Shown: piece after piece, positions 1-9,127 of the stretch
Numbering within the stretch: position 1 is the first letter of the stretch
Layout of the letters: each line of letters opens with the position of its first letter
NCBI GenBank assembly: GCA_963662665.2
Contig: CAXXJS010000056.1
Span: forward strand, 1-39,432
DNA from: Candidatus Latescibacterota bacterium
Lineage (GTDB): Bacteria; Latescibacterota; UBA2968; GCA-2709665
DNA length: 39,432 nt
Direction of reading: 5' to 3'
Notes under the pieces: model-generated
Seen by the model: only the letters and a program-made list of their open reading frames with translations
Told to the model about the DNA's origin: nothing
Databases searched by the model: none
Translations under genes and position numbers: made by a program

Positions 1-1862
1 CCCTCTGGCAACCCTTCAGGCAGGGCAATGCTGTCTCGCGTTGCAACATCCCACAGTTTTATTGTGCAGGATCCGCTCGTGCTGGCGAAATCCCTACGCC
101 CGCCAGTAGCGAGTGTTGAACCATCCGATGAAACCGCGACACTTCGGATAGACATTCTTGCCACTTCCCATGAGACAGACACCTGGCGGCTCTCTAAGTC
201 CCAAAGGGTCACGCCACCAGAACCACCGCCCATAACGAGGGTCTTCCCGTCAGGTGTGAACACTATGGAATAGATATATTCAGGCAAGTCTATGGTCTCG
301 ACAACCGCCTTGTTTTCAATATCCCACACCTTCACATTACCATCGTCGTACAGGGCACCAAGGATTTTACCATCGGCAAACGCCACCACATCGATATCCA
401 AACCCCGCTCGTATTCTCCGAGGACGGCGAGATTTGGTGTAGTCACCCCCTCGATCTGGCTATACGTCCTTATATCAGCACGCCATATTTCGATCCGGTT
501 GTGGTCTCGTCCGGTAGCCAGTAGCTTGCCATCTGGCGAAAATGACACTGAGTTTATCTCACCGCCTCTGCCATCGCCCCTAACATTCGCGATGCGTTCC
601 TTGCTTTCCACATCCCACAAGCTGAACGTATTATCTTCAGACCCCGAAGCGAGTACTTTGCCATCCACAGAAAAAGCGACAGACATGATCTCGAAGCCGG
701 TGTTTGTCAAAACTATCGGCTCGGCGCTTGGGTATTCAGTACTCCAAAGTCTGACCGAGCCATCCCTTGATCCAGAGGCGAGTAGATTTTCAACCGGTGA
801 AAACGCCACGGATGAAATGTCTCTATTTGTGGCGTGTCCCAACAAGATGGCGACATTCTCTTTTTGCGCCTCTTTCTTCTGTATCACACCCGCAATATCC
901 CAAAGTACCACTCTGTTGTCGAACCTCCCGCCCCCTGAAGCGAGCTTTGATCCGTCTGGTGAAAACGTCAGGGCGGTCACATCGCTCTCGTGGCTTTTGT
1001 CTGTGAATAAGAGCTCCTTTGTCTCCATGTCCCACAGGCTGACTGAGCCACGACCCAACCCGGAGCCGATTGTCTTTCCGTCCGGTGAAAATGCAATGAC
1101 GGGCCCGCCCGCTTCCAGCGTGGCGATATCCTCTTTTTTCTCCACGTCCCACAGGTTGATATACCCACTGGAAACCGTTATATATGCCAGGACGCCCTCA
1201 CTCGAAAATGCCAATGACTCGACACTGTTATGGAAAGATATTCCGCCCTGATCTGGCACTTGAAGCGTGTGAAAAAGCGTGCCTGTTTCCGTGTTCCATA
1301 TTGTCACCTCACTGCCTTCTCTTGTCCCCCGCCCGCCTGAAGCGACCAGTTTCCCATCCGGAGAAATAGCGACAACCTCTGGTTGAGAAATACGATCTGC
1401 ACCCCCTGTTAATGGGACTGTGGAGATAAGTTCTCTTTTTTCGACATCCCAGGTCGCAACTGTCTTACTCAAGGTTATTAGTTTCAATGTCTTACTATCA
1501 GATGAAAACACTGCCGCCAGAACAGCAGTCCTGCCGAGCACCGCAATTCTCTCTCTGTTTTCAATGTCCCACAACACGAAGCCGACAGCTAACATCTTAC
1601 CATCAGGTGAAATGACAATCGAGTTCTGGTTGGGCGACGGCGCGGCGGCCTCCAGGATCAGATTGCTCGCCACCGTATCCCATATCTTAACATCTTGAAT
1701 CGACAGGCTGATGAGCGATGTGCCATCGGGAGAAAAGACCACGGAGCTAACCTCGTCCGGATGCTCTCCGAGAATAACTTGAGCGTGACTTTCTCCAGCA
1801 GATACTACTGTCGCCGTCAAAAGGACGACAATAGCCAGATTTAGACGACTTGGATACTCCAT
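1..1862 (-). CDS. Secreted WD40-repeat beta-propeller protein (3' end runs off the window; absent from the ORF track)
   Basis: ATG at 1862 with GAGAGGAG RBS (1871-1878). Translation begins MEYPSRLNLAIVVLLTATVVSAGESHA (signal peptide), then repeated V.FSPDG..LASG...(I/V)KLWD motifs. The same frame reads ...IKLWDVATRDSIALPEGLPE at the window edge. Confidence 0.85.
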   Translation of the reverse strand, partial: MEYPSRLNLAIVVLLTATVVSAGESHAQVILGEHPDEVSSVVFSPDGTSLISLSIQDVKIWDTVASNLILEAAAPSPNQNSIVISPDGKMLAVGFVLWDIENRERIAVLGRTAVLAAVFSSDSKTLKLITLSKTVATWDVEKRELISTVPLTGGADRISQPEVVAISPDGKLVASGGRGTREGSEVTIWNTETGTLFHTLQVPDQGGISFHNSVESLAFSSEGVLAYITVSSGYINLWDVEKKEDIATLEAGGPVIAFSPDGKTIGSGLGRGSVSLWDMETKELLFTDKSHESDVTALTFSPDGSKLASGGGRFDNRVVLWDIAGVIQKKEAQKENVAILLGHATNRDISSVAFSPVENLLASGSRDGSVRLWSTEYPSAEPIVLTNTGFEIMSVAFSVDGKVLASGSEDNTFSLWDVESKERIANVRGDGRGGEINSVSFSPDGKLLATGRDHNRIEIWRADIRTYSQIEGVTTPNLAVLGEYERGLDIDVVAFADGKILGALYDDGNVKVWDIENKAVVETIDLPEYIYSIVFTPDGKTLVMGGGSGGVTLWDLESRQVSVSWEVARMSIRSVAVSSDGSTLATGGRRDFASTSGSCTIKLWDVATRDSIALPEGLPE

Positions 1863-2019
1863 AGAAGACACTCCTCTCGAAAACTTGTGGAGTTACCCCG
1901 CTTTAGATGTTGTTACCGAATTCCGAATACTGTTCTCAGTGCAGGTAAACATAGGCAAAGCCTGAGATCAGTCCACAAACAACCACCCTTGTAACCGCAG
2001 ATCCCTCTCAACCAATTCG

Positions 2020-2363
2020 GCAACAGCGTCAAAGTAGGGATTGGTTCCTTTTTTCGTCATCCCACAACTTCACTATGCGAGCATCTGTGCCGTAGCGAAT
2101 AACTCTCCCATCGGGCGACCCAACGCCCGGTCCCAACGACCGATGGCTCTTTTACCCAGACGCATGATTGCGCCATCCGGTAGATGCCACATCCAATGGT
2201 CGCCGCCCAACGACTCCGAAGCGTAGATATTCCCAGTAGACGAAAACACCATTGAGTTGCCGGGATCCGAATGCCCTTCCAGGGTCGTCTGAGCGAAACT
2301 TTCCTGCGCGAATAGAAACACGAACAACAAGAGCGCGAGATTACACGATCGGTTCTTTTTCAT
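2020..2363 (-). pseudogene. Truncated WD40 protein remnant
   Basis: GGAG RBS, signal peptide (…AQESFA), TTLEGHSD and WHLPDGAIMRLGK, typical of the start of such WD40 proteins. Stops at 2073 after 96 aa, and a VKLWD motif continues in another frame just after the stop. Confidence 0.6.
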
Positions 2364-2497
2364 CCGGACGTTCTCCTTTTGTGTGAGGACTGATTGGTGC
2401 CTGATCTGTCTCCACGTTCACACCTGACCGCCTTCCGTCGATACGGTTCGGTCAATCAACTCGTGTGGCGGTCCTTAGCCGCCTGGCTCTTCGGCGC

Positions 2498-2734
2498 CTA
2501 CGAGCCGAATGCATCCACAAACTTGAAGAAATCGGCAAAATTCACCGTTCCATTGCAGTCCAGGTCGAAGCGTGCGTCGGTGCCGCCGTACGCGAAGGCG
2601 AAGAGGAAGAAATTCACGATATCGGTCCGTCCGTTACTGTTGAAATTCGTCGAGGCCTGGGACTCGGCCGTAAAAGTCTCCCGTGAAATCCCGCCAGCCG
2701 TGACCGCGGTGGCGGCACGCATACTTGCCTTCAT
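2498..2734 (-). CDS. Stand-alone degenerate class-B dockerin (78 aa), possibly a pseudogene
   Basis: AAGGAGGA RBS before ATG 2734. Ends NFNSNGRTDIVNFFLFAFAYGGTDARFDLDCNGTVNFADFFKFVDAFGS, which aligns with the C-terminal dockerins of the cargo genes. Confidence 0.6.
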   Translation of the reverse strand: MKASMRAATAVTAGGISRETFTAESQASTNFNSNGRTDIVNFFLFAFAYGGTDARFDLDCNGTVNFADFFKFVDAFGS

Positions 2735-2812
2735 AGGGGATCCTCCTTCGACGTTCGGTCTCAACTCTTGACGGAGCCCAGGACGTACTCGGCGAATGCG
2801 ACTCACTTTGCC

Positions 2813-5800
2813 TCATTCTCCGACGGTACCGATGACGCGCCCATTCTCATCAACTACTTTGACCGGCCCCTCCGCGATGCAATCCCCCCATTCCAGGAGA
2901 TGCTCGGCGACGGGCTTCGCGCTCACCGGGGAAGGCAGCACGTACGCGTCGGCCCGACGAACGTCGATCTGGTAGCCGTGGTCGGCCAGCGACTGGATCG
3001 TAATTGCACTCAAAGGCAGGGACCCGTCGAGATCCGGCCTGACGCTCGCGGTCATCAGTTCGTCGCCAAACACCGATCCCCTCCAGTGACCGCTGTCGTC
3101 CTCTACGGGAACCTTCGGACCGCTGTAGCTCCGGCCTCCCGCATTGTCAAACGCTTGAATCGCCAGCGGGCCGGTGAAGTATCTATCACTGACTCCGCTG
3201 ACCAGGTTCAGTGTTTTCCATACCGTCCCAAACCCGAGGACGTGTGCCATTTCATGGAGGATTACCTCATAAAGAAAAGCATCGGACATCCACTCCAGAT
3301 CGTCTCTATCGATTGCTATCGTACCGATCTTCGTAACGAGGGCGCCCGATTGCCTGTTCCTTCGGACAATGAGCGTTCCACCTCTCCCGAGGGTGCCGCG
3401 GATGCCGTCAATGTCGCCAATTCCAACAACAATTCGCAGATCGTCCACAAAGTCGTTCACGCGTATCCGATTATTCAAATCGTCGTCCCACTCGTCGACC
3501 GGATTGTCCGAGAAGTCACTGTCCGGAATGTCTCCGGTAATGATCGACGTCCAACGCGCGGCAGCCTTGTGGAATAATGCCTTCCGTGACGCGTTGAATC
3601 CGTCGCCGGAGGCGCTTTCAATGAAGACGAGCTCGATTCGGAAAGGAGACGGCGCGCCACCCAAGGCCACGCCCGACGGATCGACCAGTCCGTTGGCGCC
3701 CGTGAGTAGATCTTCGACGTTCGAACCGTCGAGGTTGGCACGCTGGATCTTGTTCGTACCGGCGTCCGCCCAGTATATTTTCCCGCCGGCCGCGTCCAAC
3801 GCCAGGCCATTGGGTTTATCCAGGCCGCCGGTAACCAGATCTTCCATACTTGATCCGTTTAGATTCGCGCGCTGGATCTTGTCAGTGCGCCGGTCCGTCC
3901 AGTACATCTTTCCTGACGACACGTCAACGGCCAGCCCGGTGGGACTGCCAAGGCCGCTGGTAACCAGATCCTCCACCTGCGAACCATCAAGGTTGGCACG
4001 CTGGATCTTTTGGGATCCGGGGTTCGTCCAGTACATCTTCCCACCCTGCACGTCCAGGACCAATTCCCCGGGAAACACAAGGCCGCTGGTGATCAGATCT
4101 TCGACGTCGGTACCGTCCAGGTCGGACCGCTGGATCCTGCTGGTCTGCCGGTCCGTCCAGTACATTTTACCGCCGGCCAAGTCAAGAGCCAGGCCGTAGG
4201 GAATTCCCAGACCGGAAACCAGATCTTCAACACTGGCGCCGTCGAGGTTTGCCCGCTGAATCTTGTTCGTGCCCGCGTCCGTCCAGTAAAGCTTCCCGCC
4301 GGTCACGTCCAGAGCCAAACCGTCCGGACCGTCCAGTCCACCTCCGACGACCAGGTCTTCCACGCCCGAACCATCCAGGTTTGCACGCTGAATCTTGTCC
4401 GTGCCCCAGTCCGTCCAGTAAAGCTTCGACGCTCCCCTGGCAGGGGGTGTCACCGCCGCGACCGTTACGCTCACGGCAGCGGAGCAGTTGTTTCCGGTAT
4501 CTGATTCACCTGTTACCAGATCCACACAGGCGCCGTAGTAGTAGGTGCCGGGGCTTGATGGAAACGTCAAACCGATCGATCTATGGACGGCGCCCAAAGC
4601 CGCAAGACTTCCAATAGCGTCCGTGCCCACCGCCGCGTCACTCGCCGAAATTGTCGCGTCCGACGAGCGGTAGTAGCGCAGCGTTGTGGAGGCCGCCTGA
4701 CTGTCGCCCTGGTTTCGCACCGTCGCACTCAAGGTGAAGGACTGGCCGGGTGTGAGGGCGTTGCCGCTCACGGTGGGTCTTTCGACGACCAGGTCCGGAT
4801 CCCGGCCGCCTGGAGACGAGACCTCCTTCCCGAAATTCCGCGCAAAGATCAGAAAGTCGGAAAATCCAATCTCACCGTTTGCATCCAGATCGAAACGCGC
4901 GTCAAACCCCGCGTCGCCCCGTTGTTTTCCGAATCTCGCCGCAAATTGAAGAAAGTCGGAAAAACCAACCGTCCCGTCGCCGTCGAAGTCGGGAGACAGC
5001 GTGGCATTGAACGTGATCACGTTCGCTGACGTGAGCACTTCGCTCGACGTGATACTCTCGGCGAGCGTAACAGTCTCAATGCCGATGGAGAATTCCCGGC
5101 CTGTTGCATCCGCAACCGTTTCAAACTCGGCGCGCGCAAGAAAACCGGAGGGCGTCAACGATACCGGTGTACTGGACGCAAAGTTGGCGCCTGTGGACCC
5201 TTCCGGGAGCGTTAACGGAAACGCGCTGTTCTCGGCTTCGACGAAGGTCAGAAGCGAAGCATCGAAGTCGAATTTGAGGACCATTCCGATCAAGGGTGTT
5301 CTCACATCTGCAGCGAAAACCTCCACCGCGATGGTTGTTCCCGTTCCAGTGACAGTACCTGACGTCACGCGGTCGTCGATCCGGTTGCCCGCCCCGCCGC
5401 CGGGTATGAGGTCAAGTGACAGGGCATTGTCTTCGTCGTCGCCGGAAGACGGCGTGGCATTGAACGTGATCACATGTGTCGTCGTAAGTACGTCGCTGGA
5501 CGTCGTGCTCTCTGCCATCGTGACCATCTCAAAACCAATGGAAAACTCCCGGCCCGTGACGTCTGCAGTCGTTTCAAACTCGGCGCGCGCAAGAAAACCG
5601 GAAGGCGCCAAAGTGACCGGTGTTCTGGTCGCGAAGTTGGCGCCCACGGAACCTTCGGGAAGCGTTAACGGAAACGTGCTGTTCTCGGCCTTGACGAAGG
5701 TCAGAAGCGAAGGATCAAAATCGAATTTGAGGACAATGCCGATCAAGGGTGTTCTCACCCCGGTGGCGAAGACCTCGATGGCGATGGTCTGTCCGTCTCC

Positions 5801-5968
5801 TGAAACCGTACCGGTGATGACGCCGTCGTCGATCCGGTTGCCCGCCCCGCCGTCCGCAATCAGATCAAGGGAGAGTACCGCATTCGCATTCCGGCCGGCG
5901 AAGGCGTGACCGGTAAATATCAGCGACCCGAAAGCCAGGAGCGACAACAGAACCTGTCTTAGAGACAT
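2813..5968 (-). CDS. Adaptor scaffoldin-like protein: signal peptide, 2x cohesin-like, class-A dockerin, CARDB, YWTD propeller, leishmanolysin (M8)-like Zn peptidase
   Basis: Likely start MSLRQVLLSLLAFG at 5968 (GGAG RBS), not 6436. Two IEVFATGV..LIG.VLKFDFD.SLLTFV.AE domains; DFDGDGTVGFSDF…DLDANGEIGFSDF (4829-4990); PDLVV…ATVRNQG…YYYGACVD; six YW(T/A)(D/N) blades; HEMAHVLGF (3242-3256) followed by HW and ELMT. Confidence 0.85.
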   Translation of the reverse strand: MSLRQVLLSLLAFGSLIFTGHAFAGRNANAVLSLDLIADGGAGNRIDDGVITGTVSGDGQTIAIEVFATGVRTPLIGIVLKFDFDPSLLTFVKAENSTFPLTLPEGSVGANFATRTPVTLAPSGFLARAEFETTADVTGREFSIGFEMVTMAESTTSSDVLTTTHVITFNATPSSGDDEDNALSLDLIPGGGAGNRIDDRVTSGTVTGTGTTIAVEVFAADVRTPLIGMVLKFDFDASLLTFVEAENSAFPLTLPEGSTGANFASSTPVSLTPSGFLARAEFETVADATGREFSIGIETVTLAESITSSEVLTSANVITFNATLSPDFDGDGTVGFSDFLQFAARFGKQRGDAGFDARFDLDANGEIGFSDFLIFARNFGKEVSSPGGRDPDLVVERPTVSGNALTPGQSFTLSATVRNQGDSQAASTTLRYYRSSDATISASDAAVGTDAIGSLAALGAVHRSIGLTFPSSPGTYYYGACVDLVTGESDTGNNCSAAVSVTVAAVTPPARGASKLYWTDWGTDKIQRANLDGSGVEDLVVGGGLDGPDGLALDVTGGKLYWTDAGTNKIQRANLDGASVEDLVSGLGIPYGLALDLAGGKMYWTDRQTSRIQRSDLDGTDVEDLITSGLVFPGELVLDVQGGKMYWTNPGSQKIQRANLDGSQVEDLVTSGLGSPTGLAVDVSSGKMYWTDRRTDKIQRANLNGSSMEDLVTGGLDKPNGLALDAAGGKIYWADAGTNKIQRANLDGSNVEDLLTGANGLVDPSGVALGGAPSPFRIELVFIESASGDGFNASRKALFHKAAARWTSIITGDIPDSDFSDNPVDEWDDDLNNRIRVNDFVDDLRIVVGIGDIDGIRGTLGRGGTLIVRRNRQSGALVTKIGTIAIDRDDLEWMSDAFLYEVILHEMAHVLGFGTVWKTLNLVSGVSDRYFTGPLAIQAFDNAGGRSYSGPKVPVEDDSGHWRGSVFGDELMTASVRPDLDGSLPLSAITIQSLADHGYQIDVRRADAYVLPSPVSAKPVAEHLLEWGDCIAEGPVKVVDENGRVIGTVGE

Positions 5969-6089
5969 GAAAAACACTCCCGGGCAGCTTGATGGTGGTC
6001 TGATTTGCGCGTTACCGTGAGACTTCAACGCAAGATGCGTGCATAAAAGAAGGTGTTGAAATTCCCCCACCGCATCAGCCGTCGCCTGT

Positions 6090-6136
6090 CCCTTCGACAT
6101 TTCGACAAGCTCAATGCAGGCAGGCTCAGGGGACCG
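6090..6136 (+). repeat. Nested REP-like element (TTCGACA(A/G)GCTCA family)
   Basis: cccttcgaca[tttcgacaagctcaatgcaggc]aggctcaggggaccg. The 19-mer catttcgacaagctcaatg (6098-6116) recurs exactly at 20963-20981. Confidence 0.7.
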
Positions 6137-6150
6137 TCCAGGCTTCTGCG

Positions 6151-6171
6151 ACTCCCCCTCAAGGGGGGAGT
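6151..6171. repeat. GC-rich palindrome (REP-like or terminator hairpin)
   Basis: actccccct-caa-ggggggagt forms a 9-bp stem with one G-T pair, in the intergenic region downstream of the 6294 gene. Confidence 0.55.
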
Positions 6172-6293
6172 GACTGGACTGTCGAACGGGCTCGCCGGAT
6201 CGCTGTGACTTGTTTGGTTGCCGGTGATTGACGCGATGCCACGAAGGGCGCCTAACGAAGACACACGGTCGAGCCGCAACACGTCGCGGCGTC

Positions 6294-8624
6294 CTACGAA
6301 CCAAACGCATCCACAAACTTGAAGAAGTCGGCGAAGTCCACGACCCCGTTTCCATCCAGGTCAAACCGGGGGTCCGTGCCGCCGTACGCGTCAGCAAACA
6401 GGAAGAAATCCACGAAGTCCGTCCGGCCGTCGGCATTGAAATCGGTCAGTGCGTGCGCCTGCCCCTGTGTCGTTACGGAATCGACGGACGACCACGGACC
6501 TTCGCCGGAACCGGTGACTGCCCTTACCTGAACGTCGAATTGCGTTCCGCCCGTCAGGCCGGTCAGTTCGTGGTTAAGCGAACCGGAACCGGTCGTCCAG
6601 ACGTCCTCCACCACCGTCCAGTTCGCGTCGGCCTTGTCCTGGGCGTCGCTGCGGATGTAGCGCAGGTCGTAAGCGGTAATGTCAGAGCCGCCGCCGCCGG
6701 GGACGGCCCAGGCCACCGTGATTGAGCCTGGTCCCGGCGTCACGGCACGGATAACGGGTGCGCTAAGGGCCGGCGTGCCTACTGGAGGCGAACCGATCTG
6801 CATTTCGTAGGCGTAAAGCTTATCGTCGATATAGTCAGCCACCCACATGGTCGTCCCGTCCGACCAGATCCCTCGCGGCTCACTGTTTCCGGCGTCACCC
6901 AGCGTTTCAATGTCTTTGACGTCGTCATGCGCCTTCGACGTCGCATCGTAGGCGTACAGCTTCTCATCGAACCAATCCGCCACCCAAATTGCAGTCCCGT
7001 CGGACCAGATGCCGAGCGGCCTGGCATTTCCAGCGCCGCCGAGCGTGCTGAACTCCCGTGCGGGATCCCGGACCCTGGATATCATGTCGTATGCGTACAA
7101 TCTCCTGTCGGAATTGTCCGCCACCCACATCGTCGTCCCATCAGACCAGATTCCCCACGGATCGTCATTTCCTGACCGATCCAGCGTGTCGAAGTCCCTG
7201 GATGGGTCGCGTGTACGTGAGGCCACGTTATAGGCGTACAGTTTTTTGTCATGGCTGTCCGCCACCCACATCGTCGTCCCGTCCGACCAGATGCCTGTGG
7301 GGGAGTCGTTGCCTGCCGGATCCAGCGAGTCAAAGTCCCTGGAAGGTTCACGGTCCCTGGAGTTCATATCGTAGGCGTACAGCTTTTCGTCATGCTGGTC
7401 CGCCACCCACATCGTCGTCCCGTCCGACCAGATTCCCGCGGGGGACGTGTTTCGGGCAGGGCGAAGGCCGGCGAAGTCATTCGCGGGGTCCCGCTCGAAT
7501 CGAACGCCAACGGCGGTGAGTTCCCATTTTCGCACGTCTCCGTCGTCGGCGCCGGTGACGAGAAAGCCGCCGTCCGGACTGAAGGAAACGCTGCGGACGG
7601 GAGATTCATGTCCAAGCGACGCCTTGACTATCCACGTAAGCGGATCCCACAGCCGCGCCAGCCCATCGGCGCTCCCACTCGCGAACAGGCTGTCGCCCGA
7701 GGCAAACGCCACGCTGAGCACAGGCGAATTGTGATTGAGCGTCCCCAGATGCTCACCATCTTCGGATTTCCACACCCGTACTGAACCGTCCGTGCTCCCA
7801 CTGGCAATCACACTCCCGTCGAAACTGAAAGCCAGGCTGCCAACGGTCCCCGTATGCCCGCTCATTGTGCGCTGGTGTGCGCCTGTTTCTCCGTCCCACA
7901 GCCGGATGGTCCCGTCCGCGCTGCCGCTGGCCAGCACTTCGCCGTCGAGGCTGAACGCCAGACTCGACACGCTGTCCGTATGCCCTTCCAGGGTTCTGGT
8001 GTGCAGGCCGGTCTCCGAATTCCATAGCCGAACAGTCCAATCGGCGCTCCCGCTGGCGAGGACGTGATGATCGACCGGGCTGAAAGCCGTGCTCAGGACG
8101 GCGCCGGTATGACCGGTGAGCGTGGTCTTGAGTACTCCGGTTTCCGGGATCCACAAGTTCAGCAGTCCATCTTCCGTTCCGCTCGCCAGCACACAGCCGT
8201 CCACGGCGCAAAACGTCAGACTCAAGACGGCAGACAGATGCCGCAACGTAAGCGTGATCCCACCGCTAAAGATATCCCACAGGAGAACCTCGTAGTCACA
8301 ACCGCCGCTGGCCAGTGTCGCCCCGTACGGGTCGAAGGCGGTCGTCAATACACATCCGGTATGCCCCACCAACGTCAACGTGAGTCTAACGGTGAGATCG
8401 ACCACTCCAACCGCGACTTCGACCACTCCCACCGCGACGTCCACGACGGCGACCGCGACGTCCACGAACGTGGTTGCAACCGTGGAGACCGTCTCGATAA
8501 CGTCGCCGATCACACCAAAGAGATCATCGAAGAAGCCATAACCCGTACCAACAACCGTTCCGATCACCAGTAACACGGTGAGGATTGACACCGTCAGCTT
8601 TCGACTGGATATCGTGTATTTCAT
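6294..8624 (-). CDS. Cargo protein: signal/amphipathic N-terminus, WD40 propeller, 5x GIWSDG repeat, FN3, C-terminal class-B dockerin
   Basis: GH..V.S.AFS.DG..LASGS.D..VRLW repeats; five GIWSDGT..WVAD units; ITVAW…YDLRY…FDVQVRAV…G.GPWS (FN3); DFNADGRTDFVDFFLFADAYG…DLDGNGVVDFADFFKFVDAFGS. Confidence 0.9.
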   Translation of the reverse strand: MKYTISSRKLTVSILTVLLVIGTVVGTGYGFFDDLFGVIGDVIETVSTVATTFVDVAVAVVDVAVGVVEVAVGVVDLTVRLTLTLVGHTGCVLTTAFDPYGATLASGGCDYEVLLWDIFSGGITLTLRHLSAVLSLTFCAVDGCVLASGTEDGLLNLWIPETGVLKTTLTGHTGAVLSTAFSPVDHHVLASGSADWTVRLWNSETGLHTRTLEGHTDSVSSLAFSLDGEVLASGSADGTIRLWDGETGAHQRTMSGHTGTVGSLAFSFDGSVIASGSTDGSVRVWKSEDGEHLGTLNHNSPVLSVAFASGDSLFASGSADGLARLWDPLTWIVKASLGHESPVRSVSFSPDGGFLVTGADDGDVRKWELTAVGVRFERDPANDFAGLRPARNTSPAGIWSDGTTMWVADQHDEKLYAYDMNSRDREPSRDFDSLDPAGNDSPTGIWSDGTTMWVADSHDKKLYAYNVASRTRDPSRDFDTLDRSGNDDPWGIWSDGTTMWVADNSDRRLYAYDMISRVRDPAREFSTLGGAGNARPLGIWSDGTAIWVADWFDEKLYAYDATSKAHDDVKDIETLGDAGNSEPRGIWSDGTTMWVADYIDDKLYAYEMQIGSPPVGTPALSAPVIRAVTPGPGSITVAWAVPGGGGSDITAYDLRYIRSDAQDKADANWTVVEDVWTTGSGSLNHELTGLTGGTQFDVQVRAVTGSGEGPWSSVDSVTTQGQAHALTDFNADGRTDFVDFFLFADAYGGTDPRFDLDGNGVVDFADFFKFVDAFGS

Positions 8625-8730
8625 CGCGAAGTCCCTTCAGTGGATTCTGTTTTCGCCCCTGCAACCTGTCCAGGTGTTCAATGTTATCGCGGGGAACGCC
8701 CGATAGTTTACGTTTTGTCCACAACATTGA

Positions 8731-8846
8731 CCCGGCACCCTGAGCCGTTCCCTGAGCATGCGTTGCCGTGAGCCTGTCGAAGGGTCGAAAGGTCGGCGAA
8801 GGAAAAAACGTGCCGAAACGCGGGCGCTTCGATAAGCTCAGCGTCC
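8731..8846. repeat. Triple-nested REP-like cluster plus an inverted copy
   Basis: The minus strand reads ccttcgccga[cctttcgac[ccttcgacaggctcacggcaacgc]atgctcagggaacg]gctcagggtgccg. A plus-strand copy, cttcgataagctcagc, lies at about 8827-8842. Confidence 0.65.
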
Positions 8847-8897
8847 CCGTTTGGGCAAGTTCTTCTCCACCGTAGCAGGCGCAATTGATGTCGACTA

Positions 8898-8931
8898 TTG
8901 ACTGCTTCCGGTTATAACGATATTGGGTCAA
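8898..8931. promoter_or_regulatory. Dyad-symmetric candidate operator
   Basis: TTGAC-N8-GTTATAAC-N8-GTCAA, about 280 bp upstream of the 8624 start. Confidence 0.4.
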
Positions 8932-9127
8932 GGTTAGGGTGCGGCGTTTAAGGAATGGGTGCCGTTCCGAAACCGCATAAGGATCTCACAGGCCTGATGG
9001 GCGACCGAGACGTTATTCGCGACGAGGACAGCGAGGCGGGCAGACAGGAATGTCTGTCCCAACTTCCTGCGCCCTCCCCAGGAGTGGGCCGAAACCCGCC
9101 GCAACTAAGCCACGTGCCTGGAATCGG

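Noticed and set aside
5969-6436. N-terminal extensions in the ORF track (also 10190-10369, 15398-15451, 17767-17901, 33310-33474)
   Set aside because: They run through REP elements or upstream genes. Downstream ATGs, most with an RBS and a signal peptide, are better starts.
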